64,000 nucleotides of DNA, from positions 1 to 64,000 of the IMG/VR virus record IMGVR_UViG_3300037104_000756. One strand, written 5' to 3'. The translations under genes and the position numbers were made by a program. The first letter of the stretch is position 1. Every line of letters starts with the position of its first letter. Below, piece by piece: positions 47,807 through 58,085 of the stretch. The stretch comes from a virus. The notes beneath the pieces are model-generated. The model was not told the DNA's origin, did not search any database, and saw only the letters and a list, made by a program, of their open reading frames with translations.

Positions 47807-49142
47807 TCAACTCCGAATTCACACAAAGCTCCAGAACTTTTTTTCGGTCGGCGGTATTGATGGTCAACCCATGTTGCGCATTGCCGACAACGTGCAACAA
47901 ATGTTGCTGACACGTCGCATGCCGTGGAAATTCAATCGCGTAAACATGGGCTCGAACAATCCAGCAGTCAATCCCCACTTTTTCATGACTCAGCAAGGTT
48001 TCCAAGATTTTAAGTTCGCTGGTGCGTCCTGCTTCGCGCTAATCAATAGCGTGACTCCTGGCGGTCAGCTTCCTGCGGGTGGTGCTGGGGTTGACCTAAA
48101 TCCGGGCGTGTACCAGAACGGAAACGCAAAGGTGAACTATGGGACGTTCAACGGGGGAAACTCCTATGGACCTACGGGGAACTGGCAAACGGCTGGTATT
48201 ATTTTTAATCCTGGGGCTGGCACTTTTACTGTGCAATTTCTTGATCCGCATCCGTTTCAAATTGGAAACATTGGCACATCGCAAATTTTGATCGCGGGGG
48301 TTGTAAACCCCGCGTACAACAGCACGTTCACGTACAACCAGCTTTCGCAAACCAGTAAATGGATTAACAGCTACACACTGCTCGCGATTCCTGACAATTT
48401 CCATATCGTGCTGCAGGGCACTCCTGGTCATTTCGGAGCCATCAGTACGATTTCAGCTTCAGGCACTGTGACAACCGTGTTGGTCCCGAATTCTATGACT
48501 CCCGGGGGCATCATGACGTTCACGGGGATCGGCACAAACACGGCGCTGAATGGTTTAAGTGTCACATTGTTGACCGCAACATCCACTACGGTAACATTTA
48601 CGACACCTACGGGCGTGACGATCACCAATGGCGCGGATAATGGAACCATATACGCGGCTCCTTCAGGCGCACCTGGGATTTGGAATTTGGGATGGGTAGA
48701 AGCGGCGGCGCTGGTCGACATCAACAATCCTAGTTTTCCCCTGCCCGTCACTCCTGTGGACGCGGTACACCGCATTGCACCTGAATACACTTCGACGGGA
48801 GATAGCATCTCTCTGTCGTGCGAGATTGATTACGGCAATGGCGTGGTAATGTTTCGTCTGTCGCAGCCTGTGAGCACATATCCTTTTGCGTTCACTGTCG
48901 TCTATCAAGCGAAGGCACCGAAGTTCACGAGTGGGCGAAGTATCTTTCAGTTTCCAGATGATTTGTCGTATGTGCTGTTCGAGCTAATGTTGTGGCAAGG
49001 CATGCGATTCGCGTACGGCATTACGGCGGCAGAGACGCAGGCTCAGATGCAGATGGCTGCGCTGGCTCTGCAGAATGCGCTTGCTAGCGAGGACCGCGAA
49101 GACAACATCATGGGCTTAACTCCCAGTTTCACATTGATGTAG
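47748..49142 (+). CDS. Virion structural protein (head-tail adaptor/tail-like)
   Basis: Helical termini (PWKFN; FPDDL…) flank a T/G-rich beta insert; in the late cluster. Confidence 0.55.
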   Translation: MNFNLVPSVNQSTTIQAMADQLRIHTKLQNFFSVGGIDGQPMLRIADNVQQMLLTRRMPWKFNRVNMGSNNPAVNPHFFMTQQGFQDFKFAGASCFALINSVTPGGQLPAGGAGVDLNPGVYQNGNAKVNYGTFNGGNSYGPTGNWQTAGIIFNPGAGTFTVQFLDPHPFQIGNIGTSQILIAGVVNPAYNSTFTYNQLSQTSKWINSYTLLAIPDNFHIVLQGTPGHFGAISTISASGTVTTVLVPNSMTPGGIMTFTGIGTNTALNGLSVTLLTATSTTVTFTTPTGVTITNGADNGTIYAAPSGAPGIWNLGWVEAAALVDINNPSFPLPVTPVDAVHRIAPEYTSTGDSISLSCEIDYGNGVVMFRLSQPVSTYPFAFTVVYQAKAPKFTSGRSIFQFPDDLSYVLFELMLWQGMRFAYGITAAETQAQMQMAALALQNALASEDREDNIMGLTPSFTLM

Positions 49143-49163
49143 GACTTCGGGTTCTATAGGTAG
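49143..49163 (+). promoter_or_regulatory. Putative late promoter (GACT-N9-ATA)
   Basis: GACT TCGGGTTCT ATAGGTAG. Confidence 0.55.
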
Positions 49164-49280
49164 AGACAAATATGATCACGCTTATGCGGTGCAACTGGGA
49201 AATCAGTTTGCCAAAGGTGTGAAGCACACCGAAGAATGGAAAGCGACACGCAGTGCCCAGCAGAAGAAGTGGTGGGCTGA

Positions 49281-50567
49281 GTGGCGGGCAAAGAGGGTAG
49301 CTATATCATCCAATTAATTAACGGATTTCCCCAGGGACCGAACGCGCTTATTGTGCCGAACGGTTCAATTTCTTTTTCTCTTAACGTGGATGCGACGGTG
49401 GTCGCTGCGCCGTACGGTTTTGTTTGCGCAGATATCCCTGTCGTATTTCAGTTCGACGCCACGGGAGCGTTGATTCAGCCCGCAAAGTTGTGGAGTAACG
49501 CAGAGTTAAATCCACAACTGTCATCAACACTTTTGGGAACATATTATTTGGTTACGTTTTACGATCAAGATGGCGCGCGTCTGAATAAGTCGCCTATGTG
49601 GTGGCAGTTTCCAGAAGCCGCAAACGCAACCGTAGATATTAGCGGTATGGTTCCGTACGCGACCGTAGGAGGCAATGTGATTTTTTATCCAACATCTTTT
49701 GCGATTGGTTCGATTCCGACTCCCAGTCTGACGACCCTCGGCGGCATATTTGCAAATGCAGGTCTGTTGCATGAAGTTGTGATCGGCATCAATACCGACG
49801 GCACTCTGGCGTTCGGCTTTCTTCCTCCACCTACCCTTACGACCCTCGGCGGCGTATTTGCAAATGCAGGTGTCGCTGGTCAGTTTATCACCGCGATCAA
49901 TACAGACGGGACTGTTACGCTCGGGACCCCAACAGGCAGCATCACAGGTACGATATCAGCAAATCAAATTGCTTTTGGTAGCGCGTCAAACATTCTGGCT
50001 GGTAGCGCCAACTTTACGTGGACGAACTCCACGCAAGTGTTGAACATCATTGGAAAAAATGGATCAGGAAACGTCGTCATCTTAGACGCCTCTGCTTTGG
50101 TGGGCGGGACTGATCACGCGCTTACCATTATTAAAGCGGATTCCGGCGACTTTAATGTCGTCCATTTCGTCTCAAACCCATCGACCGGCAACGTTGATTT
50201 GCAGATGGCAAACGGGCAGTTCAGGATTAATGTAGCCAACGGGGTTGGTATTTTGGAGATAGACACCAATATTCTTTCCTATCTTACGACGGTCTCTGGG
50301 GGGCAGTTTGTAGCTGGGTGTAGTAGCAATTCCGCCGGTTTTCCGAGTTTAAATTATGTGTTCGATACTGCCCTCCTTCGGATCGGTGGGTTGATTCTGT
50401 CTCAGGTTGCGACCCCCACAACGATTACAGGTCAAATCGGGTTTGGAACGACACTGGACACGTCTGCGACGGCAGGCAGCAACGGAGATGTTCCGGCTCA
50501 AGTTGTTGGCTACCTAGTGTTTGACATCGCAGGCACAAAGTTTAAGTTGCCGTACTACGCGGCATAA
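49281..50567 (+). CDS. Tail fibre-like protein
   Basis: Two tandem LTTLGG.FANAG…INTDGT repeats; C-terminal KLPYYAA like the 44327/45256 proteins. Confidence 0.65.
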   Translation: MAGKEGSYIIQLINGFPQGPNALIVPNGSISFSLNVDATVVAAPYGFVCADIPVVFQFDATGALIQPAKLWSNAELNPQLSSTLLGTYYLVTFYDQDGARLNKSPMWWQFPEAANATVDISGMVPYATVGGNVIFYPTSFAIGSIPTPSLTTLGGIFANAGLLHEVVIGINTDGTLAFGFLPPPTLTTLGGVFANAGVAGQFITAINTDGTVTLGTPTGSITGTISANQIAFGSASNILAGSANFTWTNSTQVLNIIGKNGSGNVVILDASALVGGTDHALTIIKADSGDFNVVHFVSNPSTGNVDLQMANGQFRINVANGVGILEIDTNILSYLTTVSGGQFVAGCSSNSAGFPSLNYVFDTALLRIGGLILSQVATPTTITGQIGFGTTLDTSATAGSNGDVPAQVVGYLVFDIAGTKFKLPYYAA

Positions 50568-50571
50568 TTAA

Positions 50572-50592
50572 GACTTTTCACACCATAGTAGA
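50572..50592 (+). promoter_or_regulatory. Putative late promoter (GACT-N9-ATA)
   Basis: GACT TTTCACACC ATAGTAGA. Confidence 0.55.
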
Positions 50593-50613
50593 GCCCTCTG
50601 GGCTCCCCATACT

Positions 50614-53600
50614 ATGGCTAGAAAAGTATCGCAGAGCGACCCCGCGCTCGCCATCGAATTTTTCCTATCTGGCTTCTATACCCACCGCAGCCAGTTGTTC
50701 GCTCCCTATAAAGGGATCGGAGTTAATGTGGTGTCGTTCCACGATCCTGTGATCGCGGGAGACAACATGGAGGACACCGATCTTTTTGAATGGCAACGCC
50801 GCCCCGGGTTTTCGATATTTTGTGCGCAACCTTTGGCTGACTTGGAGGTTGTAAACCAGTTTGATTCGAGTCGCAATCTGAAGGGTGTTGTAGTTCCGTG
50901 GGTTGATACGAATCAACGCTGGGCGACCTTCTCTCCTACATCCATTACTACAATCGCGGTTAAGACCACACCTCAGCAGGGGTATGTCAGCACGATTGGA
51001 AACATGACATATTTCTCTGATGGCGCGTCCGCTGATCTCTATAAATTTGATGGCACTAAGCTGAGTGCATGGGGTCTTGCGGCACCGACAATCGCCCCTG
51101 TGTCTTCAGGTATGGGTTTCTGGCAGCCGTTTACCAGACTCCAACTCGGCAACTCAATTCTCGACCCTAACGGCGATGTGGAGTCGGTCACTGCGATTTT
51201 AATTCCATCTGGCTCCTTTGAATCTCCAACACTTGCAACTACGAAAGCGCTGGGCGGCAGTCTCACGCAGACATGGACATATGATCCTGTTAACGGAGGA
51301 TATTTTGTCCAGATGGGGTATCGCCTCCTGCAGCAGGGGCATAGCAATAGCTTGAGCACCTCGACAATCTTCACGTTTCCAAACCCAATCGTGATAGGAG
51401 ATGTGGTTGTTTTGACATTCGGTCAGGGAAATACAGATGTTATTCCGACCGTGGTTTCGGTGACAGACAGCCTTGGCAATATCTATACACAACAGGCAAC
51501 TCGCGTTGGAGCTTTTGCTGGCGGCGGCGGGCATACATTCTATTCTACTGCATGGGTGTGGACCGCTCCTGTAACGGTTGGAGGGGCATGCACCGTAACC
51601 GTGCAGGTTAGTATCCCCGGTTTCGGTGGTCTTCAAGTTCTCGCGCATGAGTTTTCAGGAATCAGCGCCACGATTTCCACCAGCGCGACGAACTATGCGG
51701 TTAACGTTGGCTCGTTGAACACCGGCACGGTGACGTTTGGTGGTGCAGATCATCTTGTGGTCAGTTCATTGTTGCTGTTTAGCACGGGACCCGGTTCCGC
51801 ACCGCTAGATTATCCCAATGGCGTTTCAAATATTTCTGGCGAGTGGCAACTCTATGATGCGTTCGCAGGGCACACATCCCCGCAATCTCCGACATGGGGC
51901 ATTCCAGCGGCAAACGGGCAAGCTCTCGGCATTAGCGTTGTATTTCCCATCACCACACTTGTGACTGGATACTCCCCATGGCTATTCTTAGGTAGTCTCC
52001 CTCTTAACATCCCAGTTGGTGCGACGATCTTGGGAGTACAAGTCAGCATTCCAAAGCGGAACGAGTCTGGCGTCGGCGCGGTGATAGACCACTCCGTGAC
52101 TCTTTTTATTGGGGGAGCCGCCACAGGTACGGGGCTTGCATCGGCTGCCGCATGGTCTCCTTCGGGATACGCGACCGAAATTTACGGCGGTCCTGACAAT
52201 GTATTAGGACGATGGGGATTCACACCTACGGCGGCGCAGTTGAACGTTAATGGCACCAGCGGATTCGGAGTAGGCATCTCGGCAGCTATCGTGGATACAA
52301 CAGGCGGTTCTGTCGTGCCCGAGGTTGGGTTTGATAGCCCGAACCAACCCACAGTCACGGTCTATTTCAAGCAGGCGAGCGGATTTTCTGGACCTGGAAT
52401 AACAGGCGCGAACGAACCGATTTGGCCTACAGCAATCGGCAATGTGGTTAACGACGGCGGTTTGACGTGGACGAATTACGGACCTATTCAGACATGGTTT
52501 CCTGTGACGGGATACCCTACGCCAGTTGTTGTTCTGGATATTAATGGTAATTTGCAACTCAGCACATATCTCGCTAATCCGGTCCCAGCATGGGATGTCG
52601 CTGTTGGGTACACTACGGGACAGATTGTATATTTTGGAGGTCAGTATTGGTTGAGTGTTTTCAGTGGAACCAACACGGGAGTCGTTCCGTCGACGCTCTA
52701 TGCGACAACGGGAACCACCACGGTTCCGTATTGGGTGCTCACAACCACGCCGTTGGTGACAGGATTGACACCGCCCGTATGGAACACCACCATCGGGGGA
52801 CCCACCACGGACGGATCGTATACGTGGACAAATATCGGACAGGGCACTGGCTTGGCGTTTGTTGGGTACGCATATGTTTATGGTTTCCGCACGATTTATG
52901 GGCATCTCACGACATCGAGTCCATTTTCGAATAATACTGGCGCAATTCTCGGACCGTTGAATGGGACGATCACGAGTTATAACATAACCTACGGAGCGCG
53001 GGTTACTAGCGTGGCTTTTGTGGGGAACAACAACTTCGTGCCAGGGAACATATTCACTGTGAGTGGGTTGACGCAGCAACCAGTGGGGCTGACGCTCAAT
53101 AATTTAGATTTTACGGTGGTGTCCGCCACTCCATCATCGACATTTCCTTTGACGGCTACTCAAGTGAGTGGCAGCACGCTGCTCACTGTTACGGCGGTAA
53201 ATAACCTTGTTGTAGGACAAACGGTCACTTTTAGCGGCGTGAGCACAGATACGTTTTTGAATGGAATCACTGTGACGGTTCTTGCCGGGGTGACCGCCAC
53301 ACAATTTACAGCCACGATTCCGACGCATGCTAATTACGGACCAACAACCGAGACGGGTATTGTTATCGCCAATGGCAGCTATATCGCCACAACCCAGTTG
53401 GCGGGGACCGGCGTGAGTGGTGTGATTCTGGATGCGGGGGAAGCTATGCCTCTGCGGTCCACCATCACTGGAGCCGGAACTGCATCGCCGCTTTGCAACT
53501 CTACGGCATCAATCTCTGCCGTGAGTGTGACTGCCAATATTGTGACGATCACCGCCAGCAATAACTTTCAACCTGGACTCTGGGTAACGTTGACAGGATT

Positions 53601-55524
53601 CACAACCGCGCTCATCTTTAATAACCAGCAGTTTCAGGTTATCTCGGTGGATAAATCCATAGGCGTCCAGAACACCTCTTTCCAAGTGTATTTTGAGACT
53701 CCGAATTACGGCACAACTGCGGTTCCGATAGCGGAGACAGGAACAGCAACGTTCAATGCCATCGAAATATATCGCTTGAGCGACGGCGGCGGTTCCTATT
53801 TGTTTGATGGTGCCGTGACGAATCCAGGCACGAGTATGTTTCTGTTTAACGATTTTGTCCCCGATTCAGACTTAGACATTCTTCTGGTTGCGCCGCTGGC
53901 GCATCAAAACGATCCGCCTCCAGGCGCGCCAGGGTCTTCCATCACTCCAACTGGCAACCTCACGGCATATTGGAATGGTCGTCTCTGGATGATCGTTGGA
54001 AACTACGTGTACTTCGATGCGGGACCTGATTGCGAAAACGGCATTTCCCAAGAGTCATGGCCTCCCGCAAATCGGTTCCTATTTTCAGGACCTGCGTTTA
54101 ATTTGGTTAAGACGGCGGATGGCTTAGGCTTGCTTGTCCAATTGGCTGATCGCTTTAATGTGATTCTTGGCGGTCCCGAAACCATCAGCTTCTATCCATC
54201 AGACGCCCTCGACAATTTTGGAATCTCAAATCCCAACGCGATTTTTCGCGACGGATCGATCATTGGTTTGTTTACGACGCAGAAACAATATTTTGAATTG
54301 CTTGGCAGTCAGAAGAATGAAATCGGCGAGCATATTGCCGACTATCTGACTGCTAATTTCGATCCCGCAAAATCCTATGTGACTATGCACCGTAACGGGC
54401 TCGATGTTGGTATGTTTATCAGTAACGGTGTGGATCAAGTGCTTCGATTTGGAAGCAACATCGCTGCATGGAGCGTTCCTGCATTTCCATCTTTCGGTGC
54501 GGGCGCGATGCGGTCGATTGAAACTTCAGTAGGTATTACGACTCTGATGATTGCCGCGCCTGCGGGCGGGGCTACGACCGTGGTGGGTCCAGCAAATCCC
54601 ACTTCAGGTACGAGTGCGGGGGTTGGAACTCCGTGGATTAATCCTAACAACATTACTGTTGGGAACCCGACAACCTACTCAACGGTCACTTTTACGGTGG
54701 CGGGCACATCGGCAGCGTTGCGCGCGTCGACATACGCGGTATCAATTCCCAACACTGCAAGTGTGCAGGGAATTCAAGTCTCGATTGTAGGAAAGCAGTC
54801 TGAGACATCTGGGGATTTGACTCTGAACATTACGCCGACCAATCCGGCAATCGGAGCCGAGACGCATAATTTTTCATTTGGATTGACCAACACGACGGTA
54901 TTATTTGGTAGCTCGACGGATTTGTGGGGTATGCCGTGGAGTACACCCCTTGGCGCGGGAGGGGTCAGCTTTGACATCTCTAGCGTGTTTACTGGATTGA
55001 GCGGAACGCCTGAAGTGTTTATTTCAGAAGTGCAGATCACGGTCACATATCAAAACCCAGGGAACTATCTGTACGCTCGCGATGTGAATTCTTGGGGAGA
55101 CGCTGGCACCTTTGGCGCAAACAACGGCATACCTTATCCGTTGTGCAATATAGTGCTCGGCAGCATCACCCTATCGCAGCTTGGGGCTCCGCTGCTCCCA
55201 CTGCAGCATGTTTGTGGATACTTTGATGCAGTCGGAACCTTAAATAACGGCGGGTCATCATATCCCAATATTTGGATTTTGCCGAACGAGGTGAACGTTA
55301 CGAAAGGCATCGGGTTCGTCTACTTGCCCGAGATATTACAAGAACCGCCCGAGGGGCAGAACCAGCCGAGTGCTACTATCCTGGCGCTCAGATGGCCTGT
55401 GAATATGGCCAATTCCTTTTTGATGAGCCAATTTATCCACCATTGCCAGATTAAAATTCAATTCGAGCCCGAGAACGCTCCGAATACGATCAAGGCTATC
55501 GCGTTCAAGGAAGACCAATCATGA
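50614..55524 (+). CDS. Large tail (nozzle/tubular-like) protein with inserted beta modules
   Basis: 1636 aa; N-terminal WQRRPGF typical of podoviral nozzle proteins; repeated T-rich modules. Confidence 0.65.
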   Translation: MARKVSQSDPALAIEFFLSGFYTHRSQLFAPYKGIGVNVVSFHDPVIAGDNMEDTDLFEWQRRPGFSIFCAQPLADLEVVNQFDSSRNLKGVVVPWVDTNQRWATFSPTSITTIAVKTTPQQGYVSTIGNMTYFSDGASADLYKFDGTKLSAWGLAAPTIAPVSSGMGFWQPFTRLQLGNSILDPNGDVESVTAILIPSGSFESPTLATTKALGGSLTQTWTYDPVNGGYFVQMGYRLLQQGHSNSLSTSTIFTFPNPIVIGDVVVLTFGQGNTDVIPTVVSVTDSLGNIYTQQATRVGAFAGGGGHTFYSTAWVWTAPVTVGGACTVTVQVSIPGFGGLQVLAHEFSGISATISTSATNYAVNVGSLNTGTVTFGGADHLVVSSLLLFSTGPGSAPLDYPNGVSNISGEWQLYDAFAGHTSPQSPTWGIPAANGQALGISVVFPITTLVTGYSPWLFLGSLPLNIPVGATILGVQVSIPKRNESGVGAVIDHSVTLFIGGAATGTGLASAAAWSPSGYATEIYGGPDNVLGRWGFTPTAAQLNVNGTSGFGVGISAAIVDTTGGSVVPEVGFDSPNQPTVTVYFKQASGFSGPGITGANEPIWPTAIGNVVNDGGLTWTNYGPIQTWFPVTGYPTPVVVLDINGNLQLSTYLANPVPAWDVAVGYTTGQIVYFGGQYWLSVFSGTNTGVVPSTLYATTGTTTVPYWVLTTTPLVTGLTPPVWNTTIGGPTTDGSYTWTNIGQGTGLAFVGYAYVYGFRTIYGHLTTSSPFSNNTGAILGPLNGTITSYNITYGARVTSVAFVGNNNFVPGNIFTVSGLTQQPVGLTLNNLDFTVVSATPSSTFPLTATQVSGSTLLTVTAVNNLVVGQTVTFSGVSTDTFLNGITVTVLAGVTATQFTATIPTHANYGPTTETGIVIANGSYIATTQLAGTGVSGVILDAGEAMPLRSTITGAGTASPLCNSTASISAVSVTANIVTITASNNFQPGLWVTLTGFTTALIFNNQQFQVISVDKSIGVQNTSFQVYFETPNYGTTAVPIAETGTATFNAIEIYRLSDGGGSYLFDGAVTNPGTSMFLFNDFVPDSDLDILLVAPLAHQNDPPPGAPGSSITPTGNLTAYWNGRLWMIVGNYVYFDAGPDCENGISQESWPPANRFLFSGPAFNLVKTADGLGLLVQLADRFNVILGGPETISFYPSDALDNFGISNPNAIFRDGSIIGLFTTQKQYFELLGSQKNEIGEHIADYLTANFDPAKSYVTMHRNGLDVGMFISNGVDQVLRFGSNIAAWSVPAFPSFGAGAMRSIETSVGITTLMIAAPAGGATTVVGPANPTSGTSAGVGTPWINPNNITVGNPTTYSTVTFTVAGTSAALRASTYAVSIPNTASVQGIQVSIVGKQSETSGDLTLNITPTNPAIGAETHNFSFGLTNTTVLFGSSTDLWGMPWSTPLGAGGVSFDISSVFTGLSGTPEVFISEVQITVTYQNPGNYLYARDVNSWGDAGTFGANNGIPYPLCNIVLGSITLSQLGAPLLPLQHVCGYFDAVGTLNNGGSSYPNIWILPNEVNVTKGIGFVYLPEILQEPPEGQNQPSATILALRWPVNMANSFLMSQFIHHCQIKIQFEPENAPNTIKAIAFKEDQS

Positions 55525-55994
55525 ACCCGACAGATAACATCCTAACCCCGCATCCGGGGCATATACCAACTACCCCAATCATATGGCCCGCGCCTCGGCA
55601 CGTATCAAACCAAGTTCAGCAAACGAAGGGATCAGCGAAACCGCAAGCCGCTAATGTGCTTCCGACAACGCAGCCGTCTGTTTCTGCGGTCGCTCCCCGC
55701 ACCACACCAAAGAATGTGAGTCAAGTGCGCGTCGTGACGCGTCGACCTATTGCTGGGCAAAAGACAGTAACGGTGCAGTTCACTCACCCCGGAGACCCCT
55801 ATTTTTCAGGGGCGAATGTTTATCTACGCCGCGCAGGGCAACAGCCAACCCTGGTTGCGGGCGGCGCGCAATCTCCGATTAGTTTTACTGTGCCCGTCAA
55901 CGCCGCCGCGCATACAGTCCATGTAACCTCGGTGGGGAATTGGGGAGAGACCGACATTCTAACCAGTCCTGCGCATCATGTGCATCTGGTTTAA
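55521..55994 (+). CDS. Hypothetical virion protein, FN3/Ig-like C-terminus
   Basis: ATGA coupling; FSGANVY…VTSVGNWGE. Confidence 0.55.
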   Translation: MNPTDNILTPHPGHIPTTPIIWPAPRHVSNQVQQTKGSAKPQAANVLPTTQPSVSAVAPRTTPKNVSQVRVVTRRPIAGQKTVTVQFTHPGDPYFSGANVYLRRAGQQPTLVAGGAQSPISFTVPVNAAAHTVHVTSVGNWGETDILTSPAHHVHLV

Positions 55995-56038
55995 GATTTC
56001 GCGATTGGGTAGTGCGCGTGACGAATCATTGGATTCAA

Positions 56039-56059
56039 GACTAATCAATTCATAAATGT
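56039..56059 (+). promoter_or_regulatory. Putative late promoter (GACT-N9-ATA)
   Basis: GACT AATCAATTC ATAAATGT. Confidence 0.55.
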
Positions 56060-56072
56060 AAGGAGCATTGTA

Positions 56073-56546
56073 ATGAGCGAAATACTGGGCTGGAAGTTTC
56101 GGTTGGCGGAACCCGCTGACGCAGAAGCCTTTACGCAGTGGACGTTGTCGAATCCACAGATCGACCCGAAGGATATTGAGGCGGCAAAAAAGGAAAACAA
56201 TCCTACAGTTATCTATTTTGCGGCTGAAAATGCCGAGGGACAAGTGGTCGCATTCGCGCCTGTGTACCTGCAGATGATTTTGGCGCATCTGGTATTTAAT
56301 CCAGACGCCGCAGGAAAAGACAAACTCCGGGCGATGCAATTTTTATTGAACGGCGCGGTTCTAGTCGCGATACAGCACGGCGTGCGGGAAATTGTGACAC
56401 TAAGTAAAGAGAATTATCCGGTAGCGAAGTGGGCAGTGAAACACGGATTTGATTTGGAACCGCGACAACTTTTTAAGTTTGATATCAATCGCGTGTTGGA
56501 CGCACCAGAGGAAGACAAGACATGTGCAGTTCAGGCGGACAAGTAG
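56073..56546 (+). CDS. GNAT-like acetyltransferase
   Basis: FRLAEPADA…GQVVAF…NYPVAKWAVKHGF; precedes internal virion genes as in podoviruses. Confidence 0.6.
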   Translation: MSEILGWKFRLAEPADAEAFTQWTLSNPQIDPKDIEAAKKENNPTVIYFAAENAEGQVVAFAPVYLQMILAHLVFNPDAAGKDKLRAMQFLLNGAVLVAIQHGVREIVTLSKENYPVAKWAVKHGFDLEPRQLFKFDINRVLDAPEEDKTCAVQADK

Positions 56547-57358
56547 CGCAAAACGACCAAGCCTTGCAAGATGCGAATCTTGCAGCGAATACGAATTTCC
56601 TGAATAACGCGAAGACTGCGTTTGGTGAACAGCAAGCTGTCCAAGCGAAGCAAACGGCGCTCGCCAACAATATGATGGCGAATCCCATGGGATATACGCC
56701 CCGGGAATTAGCGATTCAGACTACAGGCGTCAACGAGAATTTCGCGCGGTCAGCGCGGCAAGCTCTCGGGTCTGCAGCGGCTTTTGCGGCGGCACACGGC
56801 GGCGCGGATGTCGCGGGCGGCGGCGCAGCGCAGATAGCTGGGCAAATCGGCGCGACGGCGGCAACTGGAAAAGCAGGCGCGTTAGCGGACATCCAGTCGC
56901 GGAATGAAGAGATGAAACGCCAGAGCATGTTGACTGGTCTGCAAGAATTGAATACCGCAGGCGGCGCGGCTCAAGGTGCAGTCGGTGGCACTATCAGCGG
57001 CGCAGGAACAACAGGTGGGACCACAGTAGATGCAGGTACTGCTGTCACAGCAGCACAGCAAGCAAGCTGGGGAGATGTCACGGGCGTGTTGAGTGGTCTG
57101 AGTGGTTTGGCGCAAGCAGGCGCAACCGCATACGCTGGGAGATGCTGGATCGCGGCGGCTATTTATGGTGGATGGGATGACCCGCGCACGAGTTTGGTGC
57201 GGTCTTATATTTTCGGTGATTTTTCAACCACATGGTATGGACGCGCGCTGGCTTGGCTCTACGAACAAACGGGCGAGCGAATCTCAAAGAGACCTTTACT
57301 GGTGCGGATGCTGACGCCGATATTTAATTTAGCTCTGCGAAAAGCGCAGGAGAAGTAA
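56522..57358 (+). CDS. Internal virion (ejection) protein with CFI-box-CTERM-like tail
   Basis: G/A/Q-rich body; C-terminal CWIAAAIYG…R…GR….Y…G. Confidence 0.6.
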   Translation: MCSSGGQVAQNDQALQDANLAANTNFLNNAKTAFGEQQAVQAKQTALANNMMANPMGYTPRELAIQTTGVNENFARSARQALGSAAAFAAAHGGADVAGGGAAQIAGQIGATAATGKAGALADIQSRNEEMKRQSMLTGLQELNTAGGAAQGAVGGTISGAGTTGGTTVDAGTAVTAAQQASWGDVTGVLSGLSGLAQAGATAYAGRCWIAAAIYGGWDDPRTSLVRSYIFGDFSTTWYGRALAWLYEQTGERISKRPLLVRMLTPIFNLALRKAQEK

Positions 57359-57359
57359 C

Positions 57360-58079
57360 ATGGCTGAAACTGTAAACATCAAAAAAAGCTACAGCGCCTT
57401 GAATGAGGCTCTGGCTAAAACATTCGACGAGAGCGGCGTCAAGCGCAGTTTTACCGTGCCCTACATCGAAGGTCAAGCGATGGCAGACCATATCAACTCG
57501 GTGGGTCAAGCTGCGTCACAGAGCGGCGGACTGTCGGGCAATCTCATCATGTCCGCGCATCACTCTGGCGGTAAAGGGTACGGCAGCGGTGAAGGACATA
57601 CGGTCGGACATCCTGCAGAAAAATTGCGGCAGACGATGATTCCGAAAGATGACGAGCATACTAAGACCGCGATTGCGGCAGCGCAAAAATGTATTAACAA
57701 TTTCAAGTTTCTGTTGGGCGACGACGATTCAACTGTGCAGACGGCTCAAAACCAGTTGAATTTGGTCAAGCCGACGAATGCAGCAGGGATGTCGCTGTTT
57801 GATTTTGGCGTGTTGCTTATCCAGATTATGTTCAAGCCAACCCAAGCGGTTGCGCGGGCTCATAATGGGACGAAACCTGGGGGACACTCGGCACATCTGC
57901 GAGGACCCGTTCAGGAAGCACCCCAAGCCGGTCAGGAAACGCAGGAAACCGCCCAAGGCGGCGCTCAAGAGGCTGGGACAGCACCAACAGGCACACCCGA
58001 GGCTCCAGAGGCTCAGGCAGCCCCAGAAGCGCAGGGCGCGCCATCTGGGCCAGCACCAGCACCCCAAGCGCAAGGATAA
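57360..58079 (+). CDS. Putative internal virion protein
   Basis: Tightly packed operon; A/P/Q-rich tail. Confidence 0.55.
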   Translation: MAETVNIKKSYSALNEALAKTFDESGVKRSFTVPYIEGQAMADHINSVGQAASQSGGLSGNLIMSAHHSGGKGYGSGEGHTVGHPAEKLRQTMIPKDDEHTKTAIAAAQKCINNFKFLLGDDDSTVQTAQNQLNLVKPTNAAGMSLFDFGVLLIQIMFKPTQAVARAHNGTKPGGHSAHLRGPVQEAPQAGQETQETAQGGAQEAGTAPTGTPEAPEAQAAPEAQGAPSGPAPAPQAQG

Positions 58080-58085
58080 ATCATC

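Noticed and set aside
52204-53079. 291-aa antisense ORF (and similar long antisense ORFs)
   Set aside because: Lies opposite a well-supported tail gene, has no motifs or RBS, and is consistent with codon-bias shadow.
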